This document shows positions 1 to 9,435 of a stretch of DNA of 64,000 nucleotides, piece after piece. The stretch is taken from assembly GCA_963770765.1 (NCBI GenBank), contig CAVYQS010000012.1, positions 144,404-208,403 of the forward strand. Direction: 5' to 3'. The number at the start of each line of letters is the position of its first letter. The stretch's first letter is position 1. The translations under genes and the position numbers were made by a program. Source of the stretch: an uncultured Actinomycetes bacterium (GTDB taxonomy: Bacteria > Actinomycetota > Coriobacteriia > Anaerosomatales > PHET01). The notes below the pieces were generated by a model. It saw only the letters and a list, made by a program, of their open reading frames with translations, ran no database searches and was not told the DNA's origin.

Positions 1-139
1 CCAGCACGATGATGGGCAGCATCACGAACGAGACGGTGCCCCCATTGGGCATTCTCCAGATCTTGAGGGTGTTGAGCACTGCGGCCAGCGCTATGGCCAG
101 AGCGATCTCGACCAGGATCGCGACTCGCTGTTCACGCAT
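1..139 (-). CDS. thiT: ECF-type thiamine transporter S component ThiT (5' part only, runs off the window)
   Basis: Manual translation from ATG 139: MREQRVAILVEIALAIALAAVLNTLKIWRMPNGGTVSFVMLPIIVL. The 'MP.GG.VS..MLPI' motif matches ThiT/YuaJ. RBS GAGGAG and a TPP-like element lie upstream. Confidence 0.85.
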   Translation of the reverse strand, partial: MREQRVAILVEIALAIALAAVLNTLKIWRMPNGGTVSFVMLPIIVL

Positions 140-222
140 GGTTCTCCTCGCTTCCCGAGCGAACCGGTCGCCCATTGGGTGCGGGGATGCTAGAGGGGAG
201 GCGTCTCGCCTTCGAGACGAAC

Positions 223-314
223 CCGTGGGTGCGTGTCCCGCATTACCGGGACCGTCCTTTCGGTCGCGACGTCGATCCGTCGCCTCTCAGCCACTTTCGC
301 AGCTCCCGACACGG
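223..314 (-). ncRNA. TPP riboswitch-like aptamer, variant with a non-canonical P4/P5 arm
   Basis: Minus strand reads CCGUG-UCGGGAGCU-GCGAAAGU-GGCUGAGAG-GCGACG/CGUCGC-GACCGA...GUCCCG-GUAAUG-CGGGAC...CACGG. The UGAGA pyrimidine-sensor motif and the UAAUG L5 loop are present, directly upstream of thiT. Confidence 0.8.
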
Positions 315-370
315 TATTGAGAGTACGTTCGGATAGTGTCACACCGCCCGCCCCCACGGCAAGAAGCCGC

Positions 371-1378
371 CTATTCCATCCTGCGCAGATACGGGTACGG
401 GTTCGTGGGGGCGCCTCCTCCGCGATGCATCTGGAAGTGCAGATGCGGAGCACCACCGGACGCGTTGCCGGTCGAGCCGACAGTCCCGATGACCTGCCCG
501 GCCTTGACCGACCCTGAGCGCACCACATACCGATCGAGGTGAGCGTAGTAGTACAGCCACCCGTTGTTGCCTCGCAGCCAGATGGTGCGGCCTCCCAGGC
601 CATTGGATCCTACTCGCACCGTGCCCGAGGTGCTCGCAACGACCGGGGTCCCCCGTCGCGCCATGATGTCCGTTCCCTGATGGCGCCGACGACCACCCGA
701 GCGCGACGCACCCCAGGTGTTCGAGTAGTAGTTGGATCCCCGCACGGGAAACACCATCCCGTTAGGTCCGGCCGCGCCAGCGATCCCCGAAGGCAGGCTG
801 CCGCCGGAACGCGACGCGTCCAGTTGGCGCTGCACCTTCCTGAACTCCGCCTCGGTCGACGCCAGCCGCTTCTGCAGCGCGGTGCGCTGCCGCTTGAGTC
901 TGGCGGCCTCCTTCGACCGCACCTTCCGCTCGGCGACGAGCTTCTTCTTCTCGGCGAGAAGGGCTGCTCGCACCGCTTTGACCTCCGCGACCGCGTCCGC
1001 ATCTGCCTCGCCGATGCGCGACAGGTAGTCCATGCGAGTCGTGAACTCCTCGAAGCTCTGAGCCCCCACGAGGAAGCCGACGAGGTCCAGTCCTTCCCTT
1101 CGGTAGATGCTGTTCGCGCGGGAGTTCAACTGCTCGGTAGCCGCAACCAGCCGCTTCTTGGCCTTCGCGATCCTCTTGTTCGTCTTGTTGAGCCGGACTT
1201 CGGTCTCGTCGAGTGCCCAGTGTGCCTTCATGTACTCGCGGCCGGCTCGTGCGCTCTGCGCCTTCAGCTCCTGCAGCCGGGCCCTGAGTGCGGCTTCGCT
1301 GGCACCGTGCGCGACGACGGGGATAAGCATGCCCGCAGCCAAGACGACAACGACCGCTATGTTACGGAGCGACCTCAC
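371..1378 (-). CDS. Secreted coiled-coil plus M23 peptidoglycan endopeptidase (PcsB/CwlO-like N-terminus)
   Basis: Signal peptide, long coiled coil and intact M23 motifs HQGTD, YYAHL and HLHF. GTG start overlaps the upstream stop (GTGA). Confidence 0.9.
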   Translation of the reverse strand: MRSLRNIAVVVVLAAGMLIPVVAHGASEAALRARLQELKAQSARAGREYMKAHWALDETEVRLNKTNKRIAKAKKRLVAATEQLNSRANSIYRREGLDLVGFLVGAQSFEEFTTRMDYLSRIGEADADAVAEVKAVRAALLAEKKKLVAERKVRSKEAARLKRQRTALQKRLASTEAEFRKVQRQLDASRSGGSLPSGIAGAAGPNGMVFPVRGSNYYSNTWGASRSGGRRRHQGTDIMARRGTPVVASTSGTVRVGSNGLGGRTIWLRGNNGWLYYYAHLDRYVVRSGSVKAGQVIGTVGSTGNASGGAPHLHFQMHRGGGAPTNPYPYLRRME

Positions 1379-2601
1379 GGCGACGTGGGTGTCCCATACA
1401 CCTTGCCGATCGCCGCGTAGACTGCGCGAGCGACGCTGTCTGACCACTGGGGGTCCTCGAAGTGATTCTCGTCCACCCGGGCTGACGCCGAGCCGAGTCT
1501 GACCCGCGCCCATGGAGCCCTCGTCGCCTGCAACACCGTGTCCGAAGTGCCACTCACGCTCTCCACCGGCGGAGCCGCTGTCGAAAGCTCACGCGTGATC
1601 TGCGCAGCGATCGCAGCAGACGGTGAGGGAAGTCCCGTCGTCGACGTGCCCTCGGTCGAAACGACTCGACCCGGGTCGCCGGTGGCGGTCACGACGAATC
1701 CGACGGCGACGGTCACGCTGGTCTCAGAGGCGAGCTTGGCCCTGTCGGCGTCCACGGTGCTGCTCGCGCCCGCGGCGCGTAGCATCGTGACCTCGGCACC
1801 GGAGGCCTCCAGCAGTGCGCGCAGGCGACGAGCAACCTCCATCGGAACATCAGGCGCACCGGTGGCCGGAGGAGCGGCGTCGATGACGACGCCTATGCCC
1901 TTGAGACGGTAGGGCTGGAGCGCCACGCCGGGCGAGCTCGATGTGGCGACCTGGACACGAACGCTGTCGCCGGTCCGGACGATGGCGCCCGCGGCGGGAG
2001 TGGTCGACAGGACGGTGTCGCTCGCGGTGTCGGAGACGACCTGTTCCACGATGACCACGAGACCGCGCGCCTCGAGAGTGCCCCTCGCCAAAGTGAGGCC
2101 GTCACCCACGACATCGGGCATCGGGAACTCCTCGCTTCCTCCGGAGATCACCAGACTGACGGTGTCTCCACGCTGGAGCTGGGTCGCCGGAGCGGGGTCC
2201 TGCGCGAGCACCTGGTCGCGCGGCTCCGTCGAGAATCGCCTCTCGGCGACCTCGACCTGCAGCCCCACCTGTTCCAAGCGAGCGCGTGCGACACCCAGGC
2301 TCTCACCGGTCACATCAGGAACGGCTACTCGAGCAAGTGACGCCGCGGTGACGACCCCGGCCACCACGAGTGCAAGCACCGTCGCCGCGATGCCGACACC
2401 GAACCACACGCTCGTCGGCACGAGCGGCGGCCGTGTGGGCCGGACACGCGAAACGGCGGGCAGCTCGGGGAAGTGAGTGGTCTCGTCGGCGGGACGATCG
2501 ACCGGACCGGGCACGGGGACAGCGGCGTCAGAGAGGTCGGCCAGCCATGAGCCGCTCTCTTCGCCTTGGTCGTCTTCGATCGGTTTCTTGTCTTCAGTCA
2601 T
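1375..2601 (-). CDS. Membrane protein with 2 PASTA domains and a degenerate Amidase_3-like C-terminal domain
   Basis: One TM helix, PASTA repeats (VPDVTG, MPDVVG), then 'GVVIDA...VARRLRALLEASGAEVTMLR...DRAKLA', an amidase-fold signature without Zn ligands. Confidence 0.75.
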   Translation of the reverse strand: MTEDKKPIEDDQGEESGSWLADLSDAAVPVPGPVDRPADETTHFPELPAVSRVRPTRPPLVPTSVWFGVGIAATVLALVVAGVVTAASLARVAVPDVTGESLGVARARLEQVGLQVEVAERRFSTEPRDQVLAQDPAPATQLQRGDTVSLVISGGSEEFPMPDVVGDGLTLARGTLEARGLVVIVEQVVSDTASDTVLSTTPAAGAIVRTGDSVRVQVATSSSPGVALQPYRLKGIGVVIDAAPPATGAPDVPMEVARRLRALLEASGAEVTMLRAAGASSTVDADRAKLASETSVTVAVGFVVTATGDPGRVVSTEGTSTTGLPSPSAAIAAQITRELSTAAPPVESVSGTSDTVLQATRAPWARVRLGSASARVDENHFEDPQWSDSVARAVYAAIGKVYGTPTSP

Positions 2602-2723
2602 CAGCTCATCATTATAGCGCGCGACCCGTACCGCGGCGGTTGCGACTACCGAAGTTGGCAGGTATCGTGCTTGTTCGCCGACTCACCATCCAGACGAAAC
2701 ACCCACGAGAGGAGTCCCGGGCC

Positions 2724-2984
2724 ATGCCGACCTACGACTACCGATGTACCGCATGCGACGAGCTCTTCGAGGTGTCGCGATCCATGCGCTCGAGCGAACC
2801 CGAGAACTGCCCTTCCTGCGACGCGCTTGCCAAACGGGTCTTCACCCCCGTAGGAGTCGCCTTCAAGGGCAGCGGTTTCCACAACACCGACTACAAGCAG
2901 CGGCCCACAGACGATGCGCCCACCTGCCCGTCTGCCCAGAAGGGCGATTCGGCCTGTGCCGGCTGCCCGGCTTCCGAGGCCTGA
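2724..2984 (+). CDS. FmdB-family zinc-ribbon protein
   Basis: MPTYDYRCTAC...CPSC...FKGSGFHNTDY; RBS GAGGAG. Confidence 0.9.
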   Translation: MPTYDYRCTACDELFEVSRSMRSSEPENCPSCDALAKRVFTPVGVAFKGSGFHNTDYKQRPTDDAPTCPSAQKGDSACAGCPASEA

Positions 2985-3020
2985 GCGGGCGCCGACGCGG
3001 ACTCCTCCCTGACCTGAAGC

Positions 3021-3048
3021 GAAAGCCCCGCACATACGCGGGGCTTTC
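3021..3048. terminator. Hairpin between convergent genes (probably bidirectional terminator)
   Basis: GAAAGCCCCGC-acatac-GCGGGGCTTTC inverted repeat. Confidence 0.75.
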
Positions 3049-3116
3049 CTGTCTCACGCGAACGAGCGCGCCAGCGTCGAAACGATCAAAGACCGAGCGC
3101 GCACACGGCGAAGACG

Positions 3117-4082
3117 TCAGTCCATGCGGACCCAGAACTTCTCGTCGCCGGTCCGATAGATGGTGTCGATGAAGCGGACCGTCTTCGACTTCGCGTCCAT
3201 GGCCACCGAGTTCGTGCGCGCGCCGGAGCCGAAGTACTTGACGCCGCGCAGCATCTCACCGTCGGTCACGCCGGTGGCGATGAACGCCGCCTCATCGGTG
3301 TTGACGAGACAGTCCATCGTGAGGACGTCGTCGATGTTGCAGGTGCCCATATCGACGGCGCGCGCCTTCTCCTCGTCGCTGCGCCATTCGAAGCGGCCCA
3401 TGAAGCATCCGCCGATGCACTTCATGGCTGCGCACGCGAGAACGCCTTCAGGCGCCGCTCCGATGCCGAGATAGAGGTGTATACCCGTGCCCTCGATCGC
3501 GGTGGCGACCGCCCCGAACACGTCACCATCGGTTATCAGACGGATGCGGGCGCCCGCGGCTCGTACCTCGGAGATCAGGTCGACGTGACGCTCTCGTTCG
3601 AGGATGCATACCACCATATCCTCGACGTCGCGCTTCAGCGCCTTGGCGACGTTGCGGATGTTCTCCGTGGGGCTCGCGTCGATGTGCACGGCAGTGGCGG
3701 CGTCGGGGCCCACCGCGATCTTGTTCATGTACGTGTCCGGCGCGTGCAGCAGCGAGCCGTGAGGACCGAAGGCGAGAACCGCAAGCGAGTTCGACTGACC
3801 ATAGGCGGTCAGGTTGGTGCCTTCAAGAGGATCGACGGCGATATCGATCTGCTCACCGCCGGCCCCTACCTTCTCGCCGATGAAGAGCATGGGTGCTTCG
3901 TCTCGCTCACCCTCGCCGATGACGATGGTGCCGTCGATCTCGACCTCGTTGAAGGCGGAGCGCATGCCTTCAACCGCTGCGTCGTCGGCAGCGTGCTTGT
4001 CGCCCTTACCCATCCAGCGTCCAGCCGCCAAGGCGGCAGCTTCGGTGACCTCGAGCATCTCGACGATTCTTGTGCTGCGCAC
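3117..4082 (-). CDS. glpX: Class II fructose-1,6-bisphosphatase
   Basis: VIGEGERDEAPML, DIAVDPLEGT and ATGVTDG motifs; GTG start after GGGGAG. Confidence 0.95.
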   Translation of the reverse strand: MRSTRIVEMLEVTEAAALAAGRWMGKGDKHAADDAAVEGMRSAFNEVEIDGTIVIGEGERDEAPMLFIGEKVGAGGEQIDIAVDPLEGTNLTAYGQSNSLAVLAFGPHGSLLHAPDTYMNKIAVGPDAATAVHIDASPTENIRNVAKALKRDVEDMVVCILERERHVDLISEVRAAGARIRLITDGDVFGAVATAIEGTGIHLYLGIGAAPEGVLACAAMKCIGGCFMGRFEWRSDEEKARAVDMGTCNIDDVLTMDCLVNTDEAAFIATGVTDGEMLRGVKYFGSGARTNSVAMDAKSKTVRFIDTIYRTGDEKFWVRMD

Positions 4083-4119
4083 GCTCTCCCCTTCCCTCAT
4101 GGCGGACCCTCGGTCCGCG

Positions 4120-5481
4120 TCAGCTGACACGCTTCAGGCGGGCGATGAAGTGGCCGTCCGGACCTCCGATTCGAGGCACGGACTGGAAGAACCCCTCGGC
4201 ACTCACGAACCCGCTCCACCCCTCAGGCACATCATCGACAAGGGGATCGATCGCGAAGCGGTCGCCGTCAGGCGACGACAGGAATGCCTCGATGACCCCC
4301 GTGTTCTCCGCGCGCGCGACGGTGCACGTCGAGTACACCACGAAACCGCCGGGCTTCACAAGCAGAGCCGCCGTGCTCAACAGGGATGAGCCAAGGGATG
4401 CGAGCGCCTCGATCTGCTGGGGTCGCGCCCTCCAACGACGGTCGGGATGGCGCCTCAAGGTGCCGAGCCCGGAACAGGGTGCATCGACGAGCACCGAGTC
4501 CACGGAACCAGCGGCCGGGAGCCCCTCTGAATCGGCTCGCGTCGCATCGGCCACGACGGTGGTGATTCCGGTGGCTCCGGACTGCTCGGCTGCCTCGCGG
4601 AGCACTCTGAGTTTGAAGTCGTGAAGGTCGGCCGCGATGACTTCGACGGCTCCTCCGGCACGATGGACGATACCCGAGATGATCAGGCTCTTGGTGCCGC
4701 GACCCGCACCCAGCTCCACGATGCGCTGACCGGCAAGGGGTCGCAGGGCATGCGCCGCAAGCTGAGCTCCGGCGTCGGCCACGACGACACTTCGCTTCGC
4801 AACGGCCTGCGAGCGCACCGCCGCCGAAGGCGACCCGGCGACGAGACACCCGGGTAGCTCGCATGCGGTCGGATCAGCACCCAGACCCTGAAGCTCCTCG
4901 AACACCGCCGCCTCATCCGTCACGAACGGCAGGTGTGCCAGGAACAGCGGGGCGGGCTCGTTGTTGGCGGCCATGAGGTCGGATGCCGCATCCCGGCCGA
5001 GCTCGTCGATCCACAACCGGGCCATCCAAAGCGGGTGACCGTGAAGCCGAGCGAGCGCGGCATCGTCGTTCGCGGGGTCGCCCCAAGGGAAGTCGCCGGC
5101 AGCCGCAGCCAGCTTGCGCAGCACGGCGTTCGCCAGTCCCGCCGCTCGAGGCTGCACCGAACGCACGAGCTCGACTCCCTCGTTGACCGCGGCCCGAGAC
5201 GGTGTCCGCGCGAACAGGATCTCGTAGGCCGCGACCGCAAGGGCGTCGCCGACGCGAGGCTCGAGCCTCCCCGGGTTGTCGAGAAAGCGTCCCACCGCCT
5301 CGTCGAGCGTTCCTCTGCATGCGACCGTCCCGTAGGCGAGACGCGTGGCGAACGCAGAATCACGGTCATCGAGGGCAGCGCCCTCCAGCACGGTATCCAG
5401 GGTCTCGTGAGCGTAGGCGTTCCGTTCACGAACGCGGCTCACCACAGTGAGGACGCACTTGCGGGCGGCGCTTGCGCCCAT
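4120..5481 (-). CDS. rsmB: 16S rRNA m5C967 methyltransferase (NusB-like domain plus MTase)
   Basis: NusB-like N-terminus, LVDAPCSGLG and YSTCT motifs; follows fmt. Confidence 0.9.
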   Translation of the reverse strand: MGASAARKCVLTVVSRVRERNAYAHETLDTVLEGAALDDRDSAFATRLAYGTVACRGTLDEAVGRFLDNPGRLEPRVGDALAVAAYEILFARTPSRAAVNEGVELVRSVQPRAAGLANAVLRKLAAAAGDFPWGDPANDDAALARLHGHPLWMARLWIDELGRDAASDLMAANNEPAPLFLAHLPFVTDEAAVFEELQGLGADPTACELPGCLVAGSPSAAVRSQAVAKRSVVVADAGAQLAAHALRPLAGQRIVELGAGRGTKSLIISGIVHRAGGAVEVIAADLHDFKLRVLREAAEQSGATGITTVVADATRADSEGLPAAGSVDSVLVDAPCSGLGTLRRHPDRRWRARPQQIEALASLGSSLLSTAALLVKPGGFVVYSTCTVARAENTGVIEAFLSSPDGDRFAIDPLVDDVPEGWSGFVSAEGFFQSVPRIGGPDGHFIARLKRVS

Positions 5482-6400
5482 CAGGCCCTCGCCCACTGAG
5501 AACCGGCTTCGAGCTGCAGCCCGCGAGCCCAGTCGCGCGCGACCATATCACGCTTACCGTCGGGTCTCAGGCTTTGGACCAGCAACGCGCCGTCGGTCAG
5601 ACCCAGAACGATCCCCTCGGTGATCGCCGCGATCCTTCCTTGGTCCACCATCAGTTCGGATCCGCGGGCTCCAAGAATCGTGACCCCCTTGCCGGCGATG
5701 GTCGCGCGCGCCGGCGCCTGCGCGCTCGATGCGCGAACCCTTCTCAGAGACTCTTGGACGGTGAGTTCTGGTGACAATGCGACCTCCGGTTTGGTGAGTT
5801 TCGCGGCGTAGGTGACCGACGCCTCGTCTTGCTCCTGCCACTGACACGTGCCCGATTCGATCATGCACAGCGCGCGCGCAAGCGCATGGGCCCCCGCGTG
5901 GCGAGCTCCCGAGTGACCTCATCGGCGTTCTTCTCGCCTACTTCGACGGTCTCGACCACGCAGTACGGGCCGCTGTCGAGGCCCTCCTCCATGCGCATGA
6001 TCGAGACACCGGTCACCGCGTCCCCGGCAAGGATGGCCCGCTGCACCGGGGCAGCTCCGCGCCAGCGTGGCAGGAGGGAGGCGTGGACGTTCACGCAACC
6101 CTGATGCGGTATGGCAAGAACGTCGGGTGGCAGTATGAGTCCGTAGGCCGCCACGACGCACACGTCGGGCGCGTAGGCGGCCAAGGCGCGCTGTGTCGCG
6201 GGGTCTCGGAGGGATGCCGGCTGCTCGACCGTGAGGCCGAGCTCCGTGGCTGCGCGTTTCACCGGCGACGGCCGAGTGATCGTTCCGCGACCGGAGACAG
6301 CGTCAGGCCGCGTGTAGACGGCGACCACGTCGTGATCGTCGAACAGCGTCCGCAGCGATGGTAGGGCGAAGTCGGGGGTCCCCATGAAGACGACTCGCAC
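5481..6400 (-). CDS. fmt: Methionyl-tRNA formyltransferase (one frameshift at ~5891-5895, probably a sequencing error)
   Basis: [11 protein letters not shown] and [15 protein letters not shown] in ORF 5861-6400. The C-terminus (TYAAKLTK) is in ORF 5481-5864. One extra G in the G5 run restores the frame. Confidence 0.9.
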
Positions 6401-6429
6401 GCATGCTCCCCCCGCGCCTGTGTCAGGCG

Positions 6430-6951
6430 CTAGATGCTGGTCTGACCGGGCTTGGCGCCGGCCTCGAGTGCTTCGCGGTAGCGGCGCAGCGCGGCGAGAC
6501 GCTCGTCGGGAGTCGCCCGGTCGATGATGAGCCTACCGTCGAGGTGGTCGATCTCGTGCTGGATGAGGCGCGCGTGCAGCCCCTCGGCATCGATACGTAC
6601 CGGCGCCCCGTCGAGGCTGAGCGCTTCACAGGTCACGCGACAGGCTCGCTCGACAGGAACCGTGATGCCCGGCAGGGACAGACATCCCTCATCGTCGGTC
6701 TCGCAGTCTTCACTGCGCTCGATGATGGTGGGGTTGCAGAGCGCCACGGGGCTGCGGCCCTCGTCGTCGAGGTCGTACACGATGACGCGCTTGAGCACGC
6801 CGACCTGCGTGGCGGCGAGACCGATACCGGGCGCCTCGTACATCACTCTGGCCATGCGCGCAGCCAGAGCGCGCAGGCTCTTGTCGGAGGCGGGGTCTAC
6901 CTCGCTCGCCGGCTGAGCCAGCGCGGGGTTGGGGTGTGCGATCACGTCCAT
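6430..6951 (-). CDS. def: Peptide deformylase
   Basis: [13 protein letters not shown] and QHEIDHLDG motifs. Confidence 0.97.
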   Translation of the reverse strand: MDVIAHPNPALAQPASEVDPASDKSLRALAARMARVMYEAPGIGLAATQVGVLKRVIVYDLDDEGRSPVALCNPTIIERSEDCETDDEGCLSLPGITVPVERACRVTCEALSLDGAPVRIDAEGLHARLIQHEIDHLDGRLIIDRATPDERLAALRRYREALEAGAKPGQTSI

Positions 6952-7071
6952 GGTGGAGACGGTTCTCTTCTCTTCGGGAAGCGGTCACTCGATCACTACC
7001 GACCGCTCAAGGTGCGTACCCCTGCATACATCATACCAGCCGCTCGTGAGCTCCTCGGTCACGTCACCATC

Positions 7072-9318
7072 TCAGAGAAGGTCCACCGGATCGATATCTG
7101 CGCTCACCGAGACACCAGCGTGCCTCTTCACCGTCCTGAGGGCCTCGGCCACGACTGACGGCAGTGCCGCGTCCTCAGGAGCCTTCACGAGCACATGCCA
7201 CCGCCAGACGCCCTTGATCCGTGAGAGCGGTGACGGGCTGGGGCCGAGCAGCTGCCACGTGCCGGGAGCGTGCGCCCGCAGCGCATCGGCCGCAGCCGCG
7301 GCCACCGACGCGACCTCGGTGCGGTCCTTGCCGCGGACAAGCACGTTCGCGAGCCGGCCGAAGGGCGGGTAGCCGAGCTCGGAGCGGTCACGGCGCTCGG
7401 GGTCGTAGAAGAGCGCCGGATCATGTGCGGCGGCCGCGCGGATCGCCGGATGATCGGGCCAGTACGTCTGGATCACGACCTCTCCCGCCTTCGTTCCACG
7501 GCCCGCCCTTCCGGCGACCTGTTCGAGAAGCTGATAGGTGCGCTCCCCAGCCCTGAAGTCCGGGAGATTGAGCGTGACGTCCGCGGCGATCACGCCCACG
7601 AGAGTGACATCCGGGTAGTCGAGCCCCTTCGCGATCATCTGCGTGCCCAGCAGGACTCCCGAGGGCAGCGCCTCGAACTCGAGGAGCAGTCGCTCGTGCG
7701 CCCCCTTACCCTTGGTCGTATCCGCGTCCATCCTCACGACCGGCCACTCGCCGAGCAATCCGAGCAGCTCCGCCTCGACACGTTGCGTACCTGCACCGAA
7801 CTGCCGGAGGTAGGGGCTCGAGCAACGCGGACACACGGCTGGCACCGGACGTTTCGCCCCGCAATGGTGGCAGACGAGACGGCTACCCACATCGTGGTAG
7901 GTCAGCGATGTCGTACAGCTGTCGCAGCTCGGAACGAAACCGCACTCACGACACAGCAGAAACGACGCGAAGCCGCGCCGGTTCAGGAACAGAACCGCCT
8001 TCTGACCGGCATCGCGTACGCGCACGAGCGCCTCGGTCAGCGGGCGAGAGAACATCGAACGGTGCCCGGCCGAGAACTCGGCCGCCATGTCGACGACGGC
8101 GATCTTCGGCATGCTCGCGCCGCCCACCCGCTGCGGCATCTCGACGCGACGCCAGCGGCCGATATCGCACCGATGCCGCGACTCCATGCTGGGACTGGCA
8201 CTGCCCAACACGAGCGTCGCGCCGTGTGCAGATGCGAGCTTCTCGGCCACGTCACGCGCGTGGTAGCGTGGCGAGCCTCCCTGCTTGTACGACGATTCGT
8301 GCTCTTCGTCGATCACGATCAGCCGGAGATCCGACAGTGGCGCGAACAGCGCGGACCGCGCACCGACCACGATCCGGGCGTCGCCCCGTGCGACAAGGTC
8401 CCACTGGTCGAAACGCTCGCCTGCTGACAGGCGGGAGTGCAGGACCGCGACATCAGCGCCGAAGCGGGCGCGGAACCGCCCCACCGTCTGAGGGGTGAGC
8501 GATATCTCGGGTACCAGTACGCAGGCGGTCCCTCCCCGCTCGAGCGCACTCTCGATGGCGCGGAGGTAGACCTCTGTCTTGCCGGAGCCGGTCACGCCAT
8601 CGAGCACGATCACCCCGCCACCCCGATCGAGCGACACCGCGATGGCGTGGAGCGCATCGCGCTGGCCGTCGCTCAGCCGGTCAGGTCGGGGCGCCATGCG
8701 CTCGCCCACCGCCGCTTCACGCAGTCGCCTTCGGTGCTCGATCACCACAGCGCCGGCCTTCTCCAGCGCACGCAGCGCTGCACTGACCGACCCGAGATCG
8801 GCGGCGAGCTCGGCGGCCCGCACCGGGCCGGCTGCGACAGCCTCCAGAACAGCTCGCTGCGTCGTGGCAGATGCCCGCGGGGTGAACGAATCACCGGCGG
8901 TCCCGAGGCTGACCCAACGATCGTCGACCGGTCCGACTCCCGGACGCCTCAGACCCCACGACACCATGCCGTCCTCGGCTTCGACTCTGACCGCACGAGG
9001 CGTGCCGCCCGGAGGTGTGAACAACCGGAGCGACTCGGAGAGCGGACACACATACTCCTGCGCGAGCCAGGCCGCTACCGAGGCGCCCTGCGGAGTGAAG
9101 TACGGGCCGCCCACAAGGGCCTTCACCTCGTTCAGAGTCCCCTCGTAGTCAGTCGCATCGGCGAGGCCGACCACGTAGCCGACGACCTGCCGGCGCGCGA
9201 AATCCACGAGGACGCATGAGCCGACTTCGACCTCGTCGAGTCCCTCGGGTACGAGGTAGTCGAAGGGCTTCTCGATCTCCGTGGCGGGTACGTCGACCAC
9301 GACGTGCGCGACGCGCAC
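7072..9318 (-). CDS. priA: Primosomal protein N' (replication restart helicase)
   Basis: GVTGSGKT, DEEH and two CxxC pairs; GTG 9318 follows AGGAG. Confidence 0.95.
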   Translation of the reverse strand: MRVAHVVVDVPATEIEKPFDYLVPEGLDEVEVGSCVLVDFARRQVVGYVVGLADATDYEGTLNEVKALVGGPYFTPQGASVAAWLAQEYVCPLSESLRLFTPPGGTPRAVRVEAEDGMVSWGLRRPGVGPVDDRWVSLGTAGDSFTPRASATTQRAVLEAVAAGPVRAAELAADLGSVSAALRALEKAGAVVIEHRRRLREAAVGERMAPRPDRLSDGQRDALHAIAVSLDRGGGVIVLDGVTGSGKTEVYLRAIESALERGGTACVLVPEISLTPQTVGRFRARFGADVAVLHSRLSAGERFDQWDLVARGDARIVVGARSALFAPLSDLRLIVIDEEHESSYKQGGSPRYHARDVAEKLASAHGATLVLGSASPSMESRHRCDIGRWRRVEMPQRVGGASMPKIAVVDMAAEFSAGHRSMFSRPLTEALVRVRDAGQKAVLFLNRRGFASFLLCRECGFVPSCDSCTTSLTYHDVGSRLVCHHCGAKRPVPAVCPRCSSPYLRQFGAGTQRVEAELLGLLGEWPVVRMDADTTKGKGAHERLLLEFEALPSGVLLGTQMIAKGLDYPDVTLVGVIAADVTLNLPDFRAGERTYQLLEQVAGRAGRGTKAGEVVIQTYWPDHPAIRAAAAHDPALFYDPERRDRSELGYPPFGRLANVLVRGKDRTEVASVAAAAADALRAHAPGTWQLLGPSPSPLSRIKGVWRWHVLVKAPEDAALPSVVAEALRTVKRHAGVSVSADIDPVDLL

Positions 9319-9435
9319 CGGCACTCCTCTCATCACGGGCTCGGGCAACGGTCACAGCATAGCGAAGGCCGCCGACATCGATATCCGACGCCGGCGGCCA
9401 GTGGGTCCTGTCGCAGATCAGCGCTTCGGTGCGCC

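Noticed and set aside
5885-5896. Programmed frameshifting or true pseudogenisation of fmt (also glnS ~14360/~14840, nfo ~20910, hisC ~49097, sepF ~52690)
   Set aside because: These are isolated single-base indels in conserved genes with otherwise intact motifs, one in a G homopolymer, and they share no slippery motif. Sequencing error is the simplest explanation.
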